DNA of 57,315 bases, the filler included, from Barthelona sp. PAP020 (taxonomy: Eukaryota), in NCBI GenBank assembly GCA_040182905.1. It is 2 parts of 2 records of this genome, joined end to end, with 100 filler letters (N's around TTAATTAATTAA, not from the genome) between each part and the next. Parts side by side here need not be neighbours in the genome. Positions count along the whole stretch, not along the records: positions 1 to 28,696 come from JARQWU010000121.1; 1 more part is not named here. One strand, given 5' to 3'. This document shows positions 9,527 to 19,827 of this stretch, in pieces. The translations under genes were made by a program, and so were the position numbers. The notes beneath the pieces were generated by a model. It saw only the letters and a program-made list of their open reading frames with translations. It had not been told where the DNA came from and did no database searches. Numbering within the stretch: the stretch's first letter is position 1; each line of letters starts with the position of its first letter.

Positions 9527-11788
9527 CTACATTATGAAATTCAAGTCTTCATCCTTAACTTTAGCAATAACTAAAGCTAAATCATTGGAAATGAAATTAT
9601 TTGATCCAGAAACTTGATCAATATTTACAGCCACTATGATATTTTCAACGTTGTCAATGAAGTGACAATTTTCAAGAACCATTTTTGACAAAAGATTCAA
9701 TTGACAACAATTTTGTATTGTTTTGAAGAATTTACAATTTTTCAAAATTAATTCACATTTTAACACAGTTTCGAAACATTCAACACTATTTTCAAAAGTG
9801 GATTCAAAACAAGTTAAAGTAGAATCTGATAAACAAATTCTACCACAATTGATAAGAGAAAAATTTTCAATCAAAACATCTTTAATTTCAAACAAAAATA
9901 AAGGGGTGGTACAGTTCAAAAAATGTTCATCTAAAAAAGAAGAATCTTTTGCATTACCTTGAACAATATTTAAACATATGGTCAAAATATCCTTGTATAT
10001 ATTTTTTGAAAAAGAAACTTCTCCAATATCAAAGACTGTAATATTAGCAGTTTTTGTTGAGATAAAAACATTCTCCAAAATATTAACTTTAGTAGATTTT
10101 TGCATAATGCTAATGCTTGAAAAGTTATAACTGAATTCATTTTCAATGATGTCAGTTATTGAATTATTCAATTTATCACCAATTAAAACACAAACTGATT
10201 TTTTATTTGCAATAAATCTATTGTTCTTTATCAAATGATTTGATTCTTTTCCCATCAAGATAATACAATTTTGTGTATTATTTTCAAAAGAATTGGAGAT
10301 ACAATTAAAAGATAAACAATCAACGATATTAAAACAATTTTGATTTTTCTTGAAATTATTCTTTTCTAAAATAATTTTGCTTTTTGCTAGACTCATTACA
10401 CACATTTTATTTTCTGTAAATAAATTTCCTTCAATCATCATTTCATCATAATCAATTAGATTCTCAAATAAAATGCATACATTTTCATTATTTTTAAACC
10501 CACAATCTTTAATTTGAATATTATCACAATTTGTCAAAATTATATCATTTTTCAAAGATTTGCTGAATAATACATCATCAAAAACTAGTTTATTACAATT
10601 GTTCACTAAAACACTCACAAAATTTTCATAAAAACTACTTTGAGACATCATAATTTTTGTACGTTCATTTAAAGAAATACCTTCCAATAAATTATTGAAA
10701 GAACACTGTAATATCTCCAAATTTGTGTTTTCAGCAATAATTCCCTTTCGTGCAAGACCAAAATAACATTTCTTCATATTACAACTGCCTCCAACACTTT
10801 CAAAATGACAAGGTAAATTTTCACTTTCTTCAAATCGCATTTGAAACAACTCAACTTTAGAATGTATACTCTTGATATTACGTTCTAAACGAGGTTTAAA
10901 ATCTTCAAAGATTGAATGATAGAAAAAAAGGTCTTTTAAAATCAAGTTAGTGCAACTACTAATTAAAATACCGGTAAGATTGTTTAAAAAAATAGTACCA
11001 GTGATCTGTGAACTAAGAGTATTGGCATTAACAATATTCAAACCAATTTCACACCGTAAAATACGAACATTTTGAAAAACTAATGAAATATTGTCTCCAA
11101 ATATGGTAATACCAGCAAATAACTCTGTTTCAGCTTCATTCTCAACTTCATCTTCAATCAAATCAGATTCTTTGTTTTTATTGACAAAGAAATCTTTGTT
11201 CTTTCCTTTAGAACCAATAACATCACAATTTTGCATATGTAAGCTGCAATTATTGTTTAAATAGATCCCATTTTGACCCCCTTTAACACTACAATCTGTC
11301 ATTTCAATAAATGTCTTTTCCAATGCTAATATTCCAAAAGGATTTAATCCCCCATTAATTTTACAGGCTTTTAATTGAACTTTAGCTCCAAAATCAACAC
11401 CTAAAGTACAGTTTTGAAATGTACAATTATTAAATATGTATTTTCCTCCTTGTATGGCAAATATTGATGAATGATCTTTTTCATTTCCTTGAAAACATAT
11501 ATTTTCAAAAAAAATTTGCTCTTCAATTGATTCTTGGGTACTTTCATTTTCAAAAGATGGAGTCTCCAAAATTATTCTACTGCTCTCATTTACATACAAT
11601 ATTGTTTGTTCACAATTGATCCCTTTGAATGTACAACCAATATCATAAGTAAATGAAGGTAAATCAAATTTTCCTTCTCCAAAATGAAATTCAGTTGGTT
11701 TGATTCCATTATCTAATACTTCTTTTAGAGAATTCGGATTCCCATCATTGATATTATCGGTAATTGATATTTCGAAATGATCCGTCAT
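9527..11788 (-). CDS. Right-handed parallel beta-helix (PbH1/NosD-like) repeat protein
   Basis: 753 aa of repeated I..C.F.NN / GI...N coils along almost the whole length. No signal peptide is evident. Confidence 0.8.
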   Translation of the reverse strand: MTDHFEISITDNINDGNPNSLKEVLDNGIKPTEFHFGEGKFDLPSFTYDIGCTFKGINCEQTILYVNESSRIILETPSFENESTQESIEEQIFFENICFQGNEKDHSSIFAIQGGKYIFNNCTFQNCTLGVDFGAKVQLKACKINGGLNPFGILALEKTFIEMTDCSVKGGQNGIYLNNNCSLHMQNCDVIGSKGKNKDFFVNKNKESDLIEDEVENEAETELFAGITIFGDNISLVFQNVRILRCEIGLNIVNANTLSSQITGTIFLNNLTGILISSCTNLILKDLFFYHSIFEDFKPRLERNIKSIHSKVELFQMRFEESENLPCHFESVGGSCNMKKCYFGLARKGIIAENTNLEILQCSFNNLLEGISLNERTKIMMSQSSFYENFVSVLVNNCNKLVFDDVLFSKSLKNDIILTNCDNIQIKDCGFKNNENVCILFENLIDYDEMMIEGNLFTENKMCVMSLAKSKIILEKNNFKKNQNCFNIVDCLSFNCISNSFENNTQNCIILMGKESNHLIKNNRFIANKKSVCVLIGDKLNNSITDIIENEFSYNFSSISIMQKSTKVNILENVFISTKTANITVFDIGEVSFSKNIYKDILTICLNIVQGNAKDSSFLDEHFLNCTTPLFLFEIKDVLIENFSLINCGRICLSDSTLTCFESTFENSVECFETVLKCELILKNCKFFKTIQNCCQLNLLSKMVLENCHFIDNVENIIVAVNIDQVSGSNNFISNDLALVIAKVKDEDLNFIM

Positions 11789-12010
11789 TCAAGAAAAATT
11801 TTAATTCAAACCCCCACTTTTTTTTTATTGTATTTTTTAATCCTTATTTAAAGTTAAATAAATCAAATATTCATATTATGAATTTGTTAAAAAAAAAGAA
11901 AACAATTATGTTCATCAATTTTTACAAATGATTATATTTTAATTCAATTAAATGGCATAAGAAACTGGTCAATATTTTTTATAAAAGTCACAATGTTTCT
12001 GAAATTATTA

Positions 12011-12589
12011 TTAATAGTCTAAAAGAGCCAAATTATCATCATCATCAGATTCGTCTGTGGAGAATTCATCATCATCAAATTTATCTTCATATGTACTTAT
12101 AGATTTGATTGTGGTATTGTTTTGGTTTATTCCTAAATCCACTAAGTCTTTGTCAATTTTATCCATACTTTTGTTCATTTCATCTAAATCATCATCTTCA
12201 CATTGAATAGTTTCTTCAAATCTCAATATTGGGTTAATATGCTGACTTTCTATTTCCTTTAGGTCATCTTCTATTGTTTTTGCAAATTCCTTTTGAATAG
12301 CTTTTAAATCTGCAGTTTTTATTTTCATTGATCTCCCTAATTTTAATTGATGACTCTTGGAATTCATATGGTTCAAATAAGCCAAAGAATTTCGAAAAAA
12401 TTGATTACAAGTGTTACATTGAAAACCTATTTGATCCAATTCTGTTCGATTGACTGTAAATTTTTCATTCACGTGTTGTGTTATTGATGATAAATCATTT
12501 TTAGAATGAGGAACTAAATTATCTAAATCTCTTCCAACAAGTGAAGGAATTTGTTTTCTTTTTGAATTCTTATCATTATTATTGGTCAT
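12011..12589 (-). CDS. SNU23: U4/U6.U5 tri-snRNP zinc-finger protein Snu23/ZMAT2
   Basis: GFQCNTCNQFFRNSLAYLNHMNSKSHQLKLGRSMKI is a matrin-type C2H2 finger with the Snu23 context. Confidence 0.85.
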   Translation of the reverse strand: MTNNNDKNSKRKQIPSLVGRDLDNLVPHSKNDLSSITQHVNEKFTVNRTELDQIGFQCNTCNQFFRNSLAYLNHMNSKSHQLKLGRSMKIKTADLKAIQKEFAKTIEDDLKEIESQHINPILRFEETIQCEDDDLDEMNKSMDKIDKDLVDLGINQNNTTIKSISTYEDKFDDDEFSTDESDDDDNLALLDY

Positions 12590-12688
12590 ATGATAAACTT
12601 CATTATTATTGGATATTTTTCAACAAAATGAAAAGAAAAAAAAGAGTAAAAAACATTTTTCATATTGTAATCTGTTTAAAATGAAAAT

Positions 12689-15600
12689 ATGAATTTCCAG
12701 AAGCCCACACAAATTATTAGATTATTAAATAGTAATATTAACGAGGAAAATGATGTTGCTATACAATATTTGATTGATTATTTTGCCCATGAAACGAAAG
12801 ATTCTCTTATTGATGGGTTATTTTGTCGAAATAATTTATGGAATACGTTGTTTCGAGTTTTATTTCGACATTTTAATTCTTTAAATTCTTTTATTGAAAT
12901 AATAAAATTCATGTACATTTATTCCAATTATTCACCTTGTGAAGTTCCTTTAAATAGTGAAGATAAAGTAATTGAATGTATAAACCTTCTCAAAACATGT
13001 CTAAATGACAATAATCTATCACCTGACATTCAAACTTTTGAAAGTTTTGTTGTAATTTTATTATATCTGTTAAATACTGTTGAATATGTGAATAAAGAAG
13101 AGTTTTATGAAATATTTATGAATAAAATTGCTTTCTTTGATACCAACATTTCTCAAGAAGCACTTCAAATGTTCTTGAATTTCAATGTTCCTTTTGTATA
13201 TTTGGAATCTTTTATCGATAAATCGTTTATTCTATCGTTATGTAATGGGGTTAAAAGGGGTGAAAATATTGAAATCTTATCAAAACTTTTGAAAAAAACA
13301 ACAGATTACAGTATTCAAGTACCGATCATGCAAGCATATTTTGATTTACTTGCTCAATATTTAAAAGAAATCTCAAAAATAAGAACATTCACTGATGATC
13401 ATACTTTTGATTCTGTCTCATTTAAATCTTCTGAATTAGGGAAAAAATATATTCAAATCAGCAAAATTGTTGGAGAATTTGAATCGTCAGCATTGACACA
13501 ACTAAAAGTAGTGAACATAGATACGTTCATTGGGGCATGTCTTGCTATTCAATATGGCGAAATTGCTTGTATTATTGAACCATTATTTAAAATCATTGAT
13601 ACTTTTTTAATTGACTTAAAAGGATTTTTGATTCATAATTGTAACGCTCAGGCAAATTTAAAATCACAAACCTTATTGGGTGATTTTATTGGTTTTATTG
13701 CTGAAAAACGTCCGCAAAACTTTATATTTAGTGGGATTTTTGTTTTTTGGTCCGATTTTTTTGGTTTTGAACAAATTAAAAAAATTCTTGAACGAATTGG
13801 CTTGATATTTGAAATTGATGATCAAAAACATCTAAATTTAAATATTATTTCTTCTTCCCCGATTATAGACATAAGATCAACTATTATTTTTGCAAATGCT
13901 CCTGAAATGATTCTTTTGATGATTCTTGGTGAGACAAATGAAATTACACAGAATTTTGTTGCTAAATCTCTGTTTACTGCCATCAAACCTTCACATGATT
14001 GGGTAATTGCTATTTTTCATCTCTTGAAGAAAGGACCTGGAGCTTATACTTTAAATGTTTTGAGATCGCCCAGACTTTTAGCGGAAATAAAAAGATTACT
14101 GGAAGATTCTTTGATTAAAAAATCAAATCTACTGGAATTGTTGGATTATTTGGGATTTGAAGATGATGACTTCATTCCTTCAGTTGATTTATGCAGATTT
14201 CTACTTGACCATTTACCTGTTACTCAAGAAACTGTATTATGGTTGTTCCAAGAGATACCTCAATCTGTAAAAAAATTTGCCATGGAATCAATGGAAATGC
14301 TCACAAGATGCTTTGATTTTCGGTTCGATTTACTTCCTCTAGCAATGAGTGGTGTCAAAATTTTTCAATATTTATGTTCAATATTACCTCCTGCCTCATT
14401 ATTGGAGTTCTTTGATGCTTCCATTTTCAGTCTTGAAACTTTGAATAAAGATCAAGCCAAATCTATTGTATCTTCTCGTAGTAAGAATTATTTACCAGTG
14501 ATTCCAACACAATTTATCTGTTCATTGGCTGAATGTTTATCTTGTGAAAGTCATTTATCAACTATTGAAAATAAGAGACAAATTGCTTTAGAGCAGTTTA
14601 ATACGTTTTCTTTTGGATTAAGTGATGCATTAAAAAGACCAAATTTACGTGATTCACTCTCCAAAGCTGCAACAAAATCTAATTTAGATGCACCAGAAAG
14701 TACCTATTCACCATTTTATAAAAGAGCCAAACATTACAAGAATGAATCTTTTGATAATCAATTTTGTGATAAGAATCTCATTGTTTCTGGTCAAAAGGAT
14801 ATATTTTCTTCTTTAGAATTCGAATCTGAGACTGAAGAAGAAATAGAGACTGAGACTGAAGAAGAAACTGAAGAAGAAACTGAGTCTGAGTCAATTCATT
14901 CTGATTGCGATTCCATATGTTCTGTAACATCTATTTCTTCAACATCTGTTATCAATACTATGCAAAGAATGCGTAATATGAGCATGCCAAGGTTAATAGA
15001 GAAGAAAAATTTATCTAACATGCGTAGAGTGATGAGTTTTAGTGATTTTAAAATAATGAATCAAGATAAAGATAATGAAGGAGAAACTGAGTTAATACGA
15101 CAAATGAGTGCTGTGAAACGACATAGGTTAGTCAATAGAGCTGCTTGGACTGAACCTAAATCCAAAGTGAATAACCAAAAACAACGTGTTTCTATGTTAA
15201 GAAATTTACATAATCATTCTCATGGTTCTTTACCAGCATTAGTGAAGAAAACAAAAAATACTTTACCCAATCATTTAAAGAATTTAATTGTCAAGCATAA
15301 TACTGATTGCAATCTAGAGGCTTCAGTAGCAGAAGGATTTTATGCTGATGAAGATTATTTAAACCATTTGTTGGCTACACCCTTTTTTAATCCTATTTTA
15401 AGCACACTTTCACAAATATTTGTTACCTTTAGTCCAATTTCAACTAATTTTGTTGACATTAAAGCAAATATTCGAATGTTTTTATCTTTGAAACAGATTG
15501 ATTTCTTTAATTGTATTATGGGTTCTATTTTGAAGACATTTACTGAAAAATTTGAAGAGTCAAAAGAAACCATTGAAACGTTATTTTTGTTATTACAATT

Positions 15601-16879
15601 GTTTGAAGCTTGTTATCATGCTTTCAATGATTATCAACATAGACAAGCTTTTGATTTGCATATCAATGCTTTAGATGAATTTCTTTACAAATCAACAAAT
15701 TATCTAGTTTTACTCTTTAATCAAATGATGAAAATAAGGATATGGGAAAAGTTTCCAAATGTTTTCATCAAACTTTTGAACATTTTAACCAAAGCTCTAG
15801 AATATGAAAAGTATCGTTCATTAATACCCAAAAGTCTTAATGTAGTTTTGTTTTTATCCGTTTATTCTCATTGTATAACTCAACAAGATGCTTATTTGAT
15901 TGAATTAACCCGTTTTATGATGAATCTGTCATTGAATACTAAGTTATTTCCACATTTATTGACTGGAGAGTTGAATATTAAACTAAATGACATTGTTCTG
16001 TCGAAAGAATCAATTGGTTATTTATTAGGCGAATATTTGCTCAAAATCAATGAAAAAACAATTGAAAAAAGAAAAATCGTGGAAAAATTATTGATACAGT
16101 GGTGCAAATTTTCCAGAAATTTTTTTGAATTTCTTCAAAATTTATTTACTGAAAGCACACATAAAAACAAAAAAATTTCAATGGTTTATTCAGAATTAAT
16201 CAATTTGTTTGATGTCCAATTGACAAACAGAGATAGATTTTATTTAAAACCTACTTTATGCACTGTTTCCACAACTGATTTTGATATAAATGAAACTGAT
16301 TCTAACAATAATTTAATATTTAATCAAAAATTAAAATCTCTCAGCTCAACTCCCACAGTAACTATGAAAACTAATGCTGAAAGTTTCAATTCTCCGATGA
16401 ATTCTTTATTTAGACCAAATTCTTCTCTTTCAAATTCATTACATTTTTCACCATCATCTCTAGCCCTTGTTAACAAAAACAATGTTGTTAATTCTCCAAA
16501 TTCTTTTTTTTCTTCCAGACCAGTCTCAAGAAGTTCTCGACCTGTCTCAAGTTTATCCCGACCTATTTCAAGAGCTTCTAGACCTCTTTCAAGATTATCA
16601 GATTCAAATTCATCAATCGCAACAATAGATAATTTTCACATTCACAATGACAAGCAACTTCAGAGTTCTGTTTCTCGGGGAAAGTTGTTTTCTAATTCAA
16701 GTGCTTATACATCTAATACGAAGCCTTATACGAAGCCTAATACAAAGCCATTGAATTTTAAAATTCAAAATAAAGACTTGTTCAAAAGCAAAACAAGTAA
16801 TAAATCTCTTCAAAGTTTTAGTCTCACTCCTATTGCTCCTCGAACTTTTTCAAGCCATAAATCAGAAAAAATTTTATAA
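12689..16879 (+). CDS. Hypothetical large alpha-helical (ARM/HEAT-like) protein with an acidic insert and Ser-rich tail
   Basis: Uninterrupted 1396-aa ORF with a Leu/Ile/Phe-rich helical pattern. No family recognised. Confidence 0.85.
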   Translation: MNFQKPTQIIRLLNSNINEENDVAIQYLIDYFAHETKDSLIDGLFCRNNLWNTLFRVLFRHFNSLNSFIEIIKFMYIYSNYSPCEVPLNSEDKVIECINLLKTCLNDNNLSPDIQTFESFVVILLYLLNTVEYVNKEEFYEIFMNKIAFFDTNISQEALQMFLNFNVPFVYLESFIDKSFILSLCNGVKRGENIEILSKLLKKTTDYSIQVPIMQAYFDLLAQYLKEISKIRTFTDDHTFDSVSFKSSELGKKYIQISKIVGEFESSALTQLKVVNIDTFIGACLAIQYGEIACIIEPLFKIIDTFLIDLKGFLIHNCNAQANLKSQTLLGDFIGFIAEKRPQNFIFSGIFVFWSDFFGFEQIKKILERIGLIFEIDDQKHLNLNIISSSPIIDIRSTIIFANAPEMILLMILGETNEITQNFVAKSLFTAIKPSHDWVIAIFHLLKKGPGAYTLNVLRSPRLLAEIKRLLEDSLIKKSNLLELLDYLGFEDDDFIPSVDLCRFLLDHLPVTQETVLWLFQEIPQSVKKFAMESMEMLTRCFDFRFDLLPLAMSGVKIFQYLCSILPPASLLEFFDASIFSLETLNKDQAKSIVSSRSKNYLPVIPTQFICSLAECLSCESHLSTIENKRQIALEQFNTFSFGLSDALKRPNLRDSLSKAATKSNLDAPESTYSPFYKRAKHYKNESFDNQFCDKNLIVSGQKDIFSSLEFESETEEEIETETEEETEEETESESIHSDCDSICSVTSISSTSVINTMQRMRNMSMPRLIEKKNLSNMRRVMSFSDFKIMNQDKDNEGETELIRQMSAVKRHRLVNRAAWTEPKSKVNNQKQRVSMLRNLHNHSHGSLPALVKKTKNTLPNHLKNLIVKHNTDCNLEASVAEGFYADEDYLNHLLATPFFNPILSTLSQIFVTFSPISTNFVDIKANIRMFLSLKQIDFFNCIMGSILKTFTEKFEESKETIETLFLLLQLFEACYHAFNDYQHRQAFDLHINALDEFLYKSTNYLVLLFNQMMKIRIWEKFPNVFIKLLNILTKALEYEKYRSLIPKSLNVVLFLSVYSHCITQQDAYLIELTRFMMNLSLNTKLFPHLLTGELNIKLNDIVLSKESIGYLLGEYLLKINEKTIEKRKIVEKLLIQWCKFSRNFFEFLQNLFTESTHKNKKISMVYSELINLFDVQLTNRDRFYLKPTLCTVSTTDFDINETDSNNNLIFNQKLKSLSSTPTVTMKTNAESFNSPMNSLFRPNSSLSNSLHFSPSSLALVNKNNVVNSPNSFFSSRPVSRSSRPVSSLSRPISRASRPLSRLSDSNSSIATIDNFHIHNDKQLQSSVSRGKLFSNSSAYTSNTKPYTKPNTKPLNFKIQNKDLFKSKTSNKSLQSFSLTPIAPRTFSSHKSEKIL
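14821..14890 (+). repeat. Coding degenerate tandem repeat (GAGACT/GAAGAA units; ETEEE)
   Basis: gaatctgagactgaagaagaaatagagactgagactgaagaagaaactgaagaagaaactgagtctgag encodes ESETEEEIETETEEETEEETESE. Confidence 0.85.
16514..16600 (+). repeat. Coding 21-nt degenerate tandem repeat (SRPxSRx)
   Basis: Encodes SRPVSRSSRPVSSLSRPISRASRPLSRLS; about four imperfect 7-aa units. Confidence 0.75.
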
Positions 16880-17131
16880 ACTTTGTACTTTTCTTCTTCA
16901 ATTTTTGGTCATTTTCAAACACATGAATCCTGTTCAATTGAAAAAGTTTAAAAAGTTCACAAGCACTTGAAGAGACTCATTTCTCTTTCAAATGTTACAT
17001 TTTCCAATTCCTTAATTGGCTATCATCCCCAAAAAATTCAAATCTTTTTGTCTTAAAAAAAAAAAAAAAGCGAAGGGACTGATTCTATGCTCGTCAAAGC
17101 ACCAATTTACAAATTTCAATTATTGACACAC

Positions 17132-18151
17132 TCACTTGTAACGTAACAACTCCAAACAATGAGAACTCTTGCTGTTTTGTTCTTTGTCATAATACGTGTA
17201 GCAAACAGATAACCAATTGGTATTTGCTTGACTCCACTTCAAATTCTCATTTGGACCCCTCGAACAATAAGCCAAAGAGGGATACTCAACAGGAAATTTA
17301 GAAATGTCCCAAATAAAAGTGTATTTGTCATCACCAGATGTAGCTATGTTCTTCGAAGATGATGGTGACCATGCAGCAGCATTTACACCATTTTTATGTG
17401 CTCTCAATTCAGATACTGCCTTGTTAGGAGCTCTCACATCAATTAAAATCACAGATGAACCATCCAGAGGAATACAAGATAAGAGATGTGCAGCTTTTTT
17501 GTTGTAACTGATTCGAGTTATCGGCATAGTTTTATTGTTAATCATAGGTGACTCATACATGATCGTTGAGTGCCCTAAATTTCTAAGGTCAAACATTCGT
17601 ACAGAACCATCAGCACCAACTGTGGAGAATAAATGTGAATTATTAGAAAATGCCACATCATATACTTCTTTATCATGTGCTATCAACTGAGTCGATACTT
17701 TTTCTTGTTCTAGATCCCAAATGGTACATGTAGTGTCTATAGATGAAGTAACAATAAGATTGGGATCAGTTTCATTCCAATCAAAAGAAGTTAGAGGAGC
17801 ACAATGTGAAGACTGTTGATTTGTAAGTTTAGAAATCTGAATAATATTTTTTGATTTGTCATCAACTGAATACAAACGTAAAAAATCACCAGTTGTTGCT
17901 ATTATGTCTCCATTCACAATGTTAGGTTGTGGATGAAATAATAATTTAGTTGGCGGATAGACTAAGACAGTGGAACACATTTGTTGAACCTTATTTGTTT
18001 CTGAATTTAATTCAACTATTCCCAAATAATTTTGATGACTTTCAATGTATGAACCAAGACCTAGACGAAATGGGTGTTGTTCACTTCTAGACCAATCCAT
18101 TGCATATATTGGCCATTCACTATCGTATTGATAAATAGATTCATTGTCCAT
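17132..18151 (-). CDS. DCAF7: DCAF7/WDR68/AN11-family WD40 protein
   Basis: WPIYAMDWS, YPPTKLLF, TTGDFLRL, APLTSFDWNE, SSIDTTCTIWD, TQLIAHDKEVYDV, SVGADGSVRMFDLR. The conserved N-terminus starts near ATG 18151; the upstream ATG at 18241 is less likely. Confidence 0.95.
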   Translation of the reverse strand: MDNESIYQYDSEWPIYAMDWSRSEQHPFRLGLGSYIESHQNYLGIVELNSETNKVQQMCSTVLVYPPTKLLFHPQPNIVNGDIIATTGDFLRLYSVDDKSKNIIQISKLTNQQSSHCAPLTSFDWNETDPNLIVTSSIDTTCTIWDLEQEKVSTQLIAHDKEVYDVAFSNNSHLFSTVGADGSVRMFDLRNLGHSTIMYESPMINNKTMPITRISYNKKAAHLLSCIPLDGSSVILIDVRAPNKAVSELRAHKNGVNAAAWSPSSSKNIATSGDDKYTFIWDISKFPVEYPSLAYCSRGPNENLKWSQANTNWLSVCYTYYDKEQNSKSSHCLELLRYK

Positions 18152-18246
18152 TGATTTAAATAAAAAATAAACAATGTCACAATGAGAAAAAAAATGTTGT
18201 TTGGGATTTTCATTTTTATTGTATTTCAATTTAAAAGACATTTGAA

Positions 18247-19827
18247 ATGTCTTTGACGACCGATGAATTAATTAAAATAGTAGATGAACAAACAGGAACA
18301 ACGGTTTTGGAAGAAATTACAGAATTGTTTCTAAATCACAGAAATTTAATGAGTTTAAGAAACGTTAATTTGTGTATTAATTTAAAAAAATTGGATGTTT
18401 CATTCAATAAAATTGTATCGATTTCTCCCATAACAACCTTAATTCATTTAGAAAGTTTAAATATTTGTGGGAACAATATTTTTGATTTGGAAGGATTAGA
18501 ACGTCTTCAATCTTTAAGGATATTTAGAGCTGCAGGTAATAAAATTGAAAAATTATCTGTTTTTGAAAAACTATCAAATATCCAAGAATTATGGTTGCAT
18601 GATAACAATATACGGTCTTCTGAAATCAAACATTTACGTCATTGTACCAATTTGGAGCGTTTAACGTTGAATAAAAATGATATTGATGTTGACAGTGATC
18701 ATGTTGTAAATGTCCTGTGTAGTCTTCCGAAATTACGAGGATTTAATGGAAGTAGATTCAATCGTGATCAGTTACTTGACCCTCAATCTCCTTTTAAAAT
18801 CTCGCTTCTTGATTCTGATGATGAGGTTGATGTGCAGGAATCAAACGCTATAAACCCTGATTTTTCTTCCCTTGAGGATGAATTTAAAACACCACAAAAA
18901 GCTTTACCCTCTGCTAAATATTTGTCTTCTGAAAACAAGGCTGGTTTTGCCTTGGATCTTTCTGATGTACAGAAACCGTATCAAAGACGTGTTTCCACAC
19001 CGAGATTGGGCAAATTTAAGCGATATTCAAATGGTCAAATGGCAGCCCAATTTTTTCAAGACGGAACCGCCAAAGTTTATTATAATAATGGAAAAACCGC
19101 CATTGTAACGTATTGTGATGATTATTTTTTGATGCAAGCGAATCATAAGAACGGATCTTCTGCACTCTCATCTCTTCCCAATGGTTCTTTTGTGGCGAAA
19201 GGTTCAAATGGACGTGATCTTTTAGTTTATACAGAAGGACAAAGTCTTACTTATCGTCATAATGCAAAGGATGATTGGACCAATCTCAATATTGAGCTGG
19301 AGAATGTTCCTCCAATTGTACTGTCCCAATTCATGATACTTTCTGTGACCAAGGAGATGTCACCAATAATATATTTTTCAATGGAAAGCTTTTCATGTGT
19401 TATACATTGCGGTCACAGTACTGAGACCGAAGAACTGCCAAATTGGGCATTTAAAAAGTTCAAGGACATGAAGAAATCCAAATTTGCTAAACCTCATTTA
19501 AATTCAAAGACAAAATTAAATTCTAGCAGACAAAATCTGTTTGAAAAAAATGACATTTCTTCTCAAGGTAATATTTTGTTCAATACAGATTCGCAATATT
19601 CAAATGAGAGTTTTGATGAGTCAATTACAGATAATATATCCTTTGAACACAGTTCTCATGAAACAAATGTTGATTTGGATGCACCATTTGTTCAAGATAC
19701 ACGCCCTTCTTCTGTAAAGTATGAACCTCCAAAAGACAGATTAAATGAGAGTACAATGGCATCTTTGGAACAAGAGAGTCTCAGATTGGATGAAGAACTA
19801 TTACGTCTAAGAAATCGTGCTGATTAG
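18247..19827 (+). CDS. SDS22-type leucine-rich-repeat protein with a FAM194-like C-terminal domain
   Basis: Five to six LxxLxLxxNxI repeats plus an LRR cap (LPKLRGFNG). GKFKRYSNGQMAAQFFQDGTAKVYYNNGKTAI resembles the FAM194/ERICH6 beta-repeat domain. Confidence 0.75.
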   Translation: MSLTTDELIKIVDEQTGTTVLEEITELFLNHRNLMSLRNVNLCINLKKLDVSFNKIVSISPITTLIHLESLNICGNNIFDLEGLERLQSLRIFRAAGNKIEKLSVFEKLSNIQELWLHDNNIRSSEIKHLRHCTNLERLTLNKNDIDVDSDHVVNVLCSLPKLRGFNGSRFNRDQLLDPQSPFKISLLDSDDEVDVQESNAINPDFSSLEDEFKTPQKALPSAKYLSSENKAGFALDLSDVQKPYQRRVSTPRLGKFKRYSNGQMAAQFFQDGTAKVYYNNGKTAIVTYCDDYFLMQANHKNGSSALSSLPNGSFVAKGSNGRDLLVYTEGQSLTYRHNAKDDWTNLNIELENVPPIVLSQFMILSVTKEMSPIIYFSMESFSCVIHCGHSTETEELPNWAFKKFKDMKKSKFAKPHLNSKTKLNSSRQNLFEKNDISSQGNILFNTDSQYSNESFDESITDNISFEHSSHETNVDLDAPFVQDTRPSSVKYEPPKDRLNESTMASLEQESLRLDEELLRLRNRAD

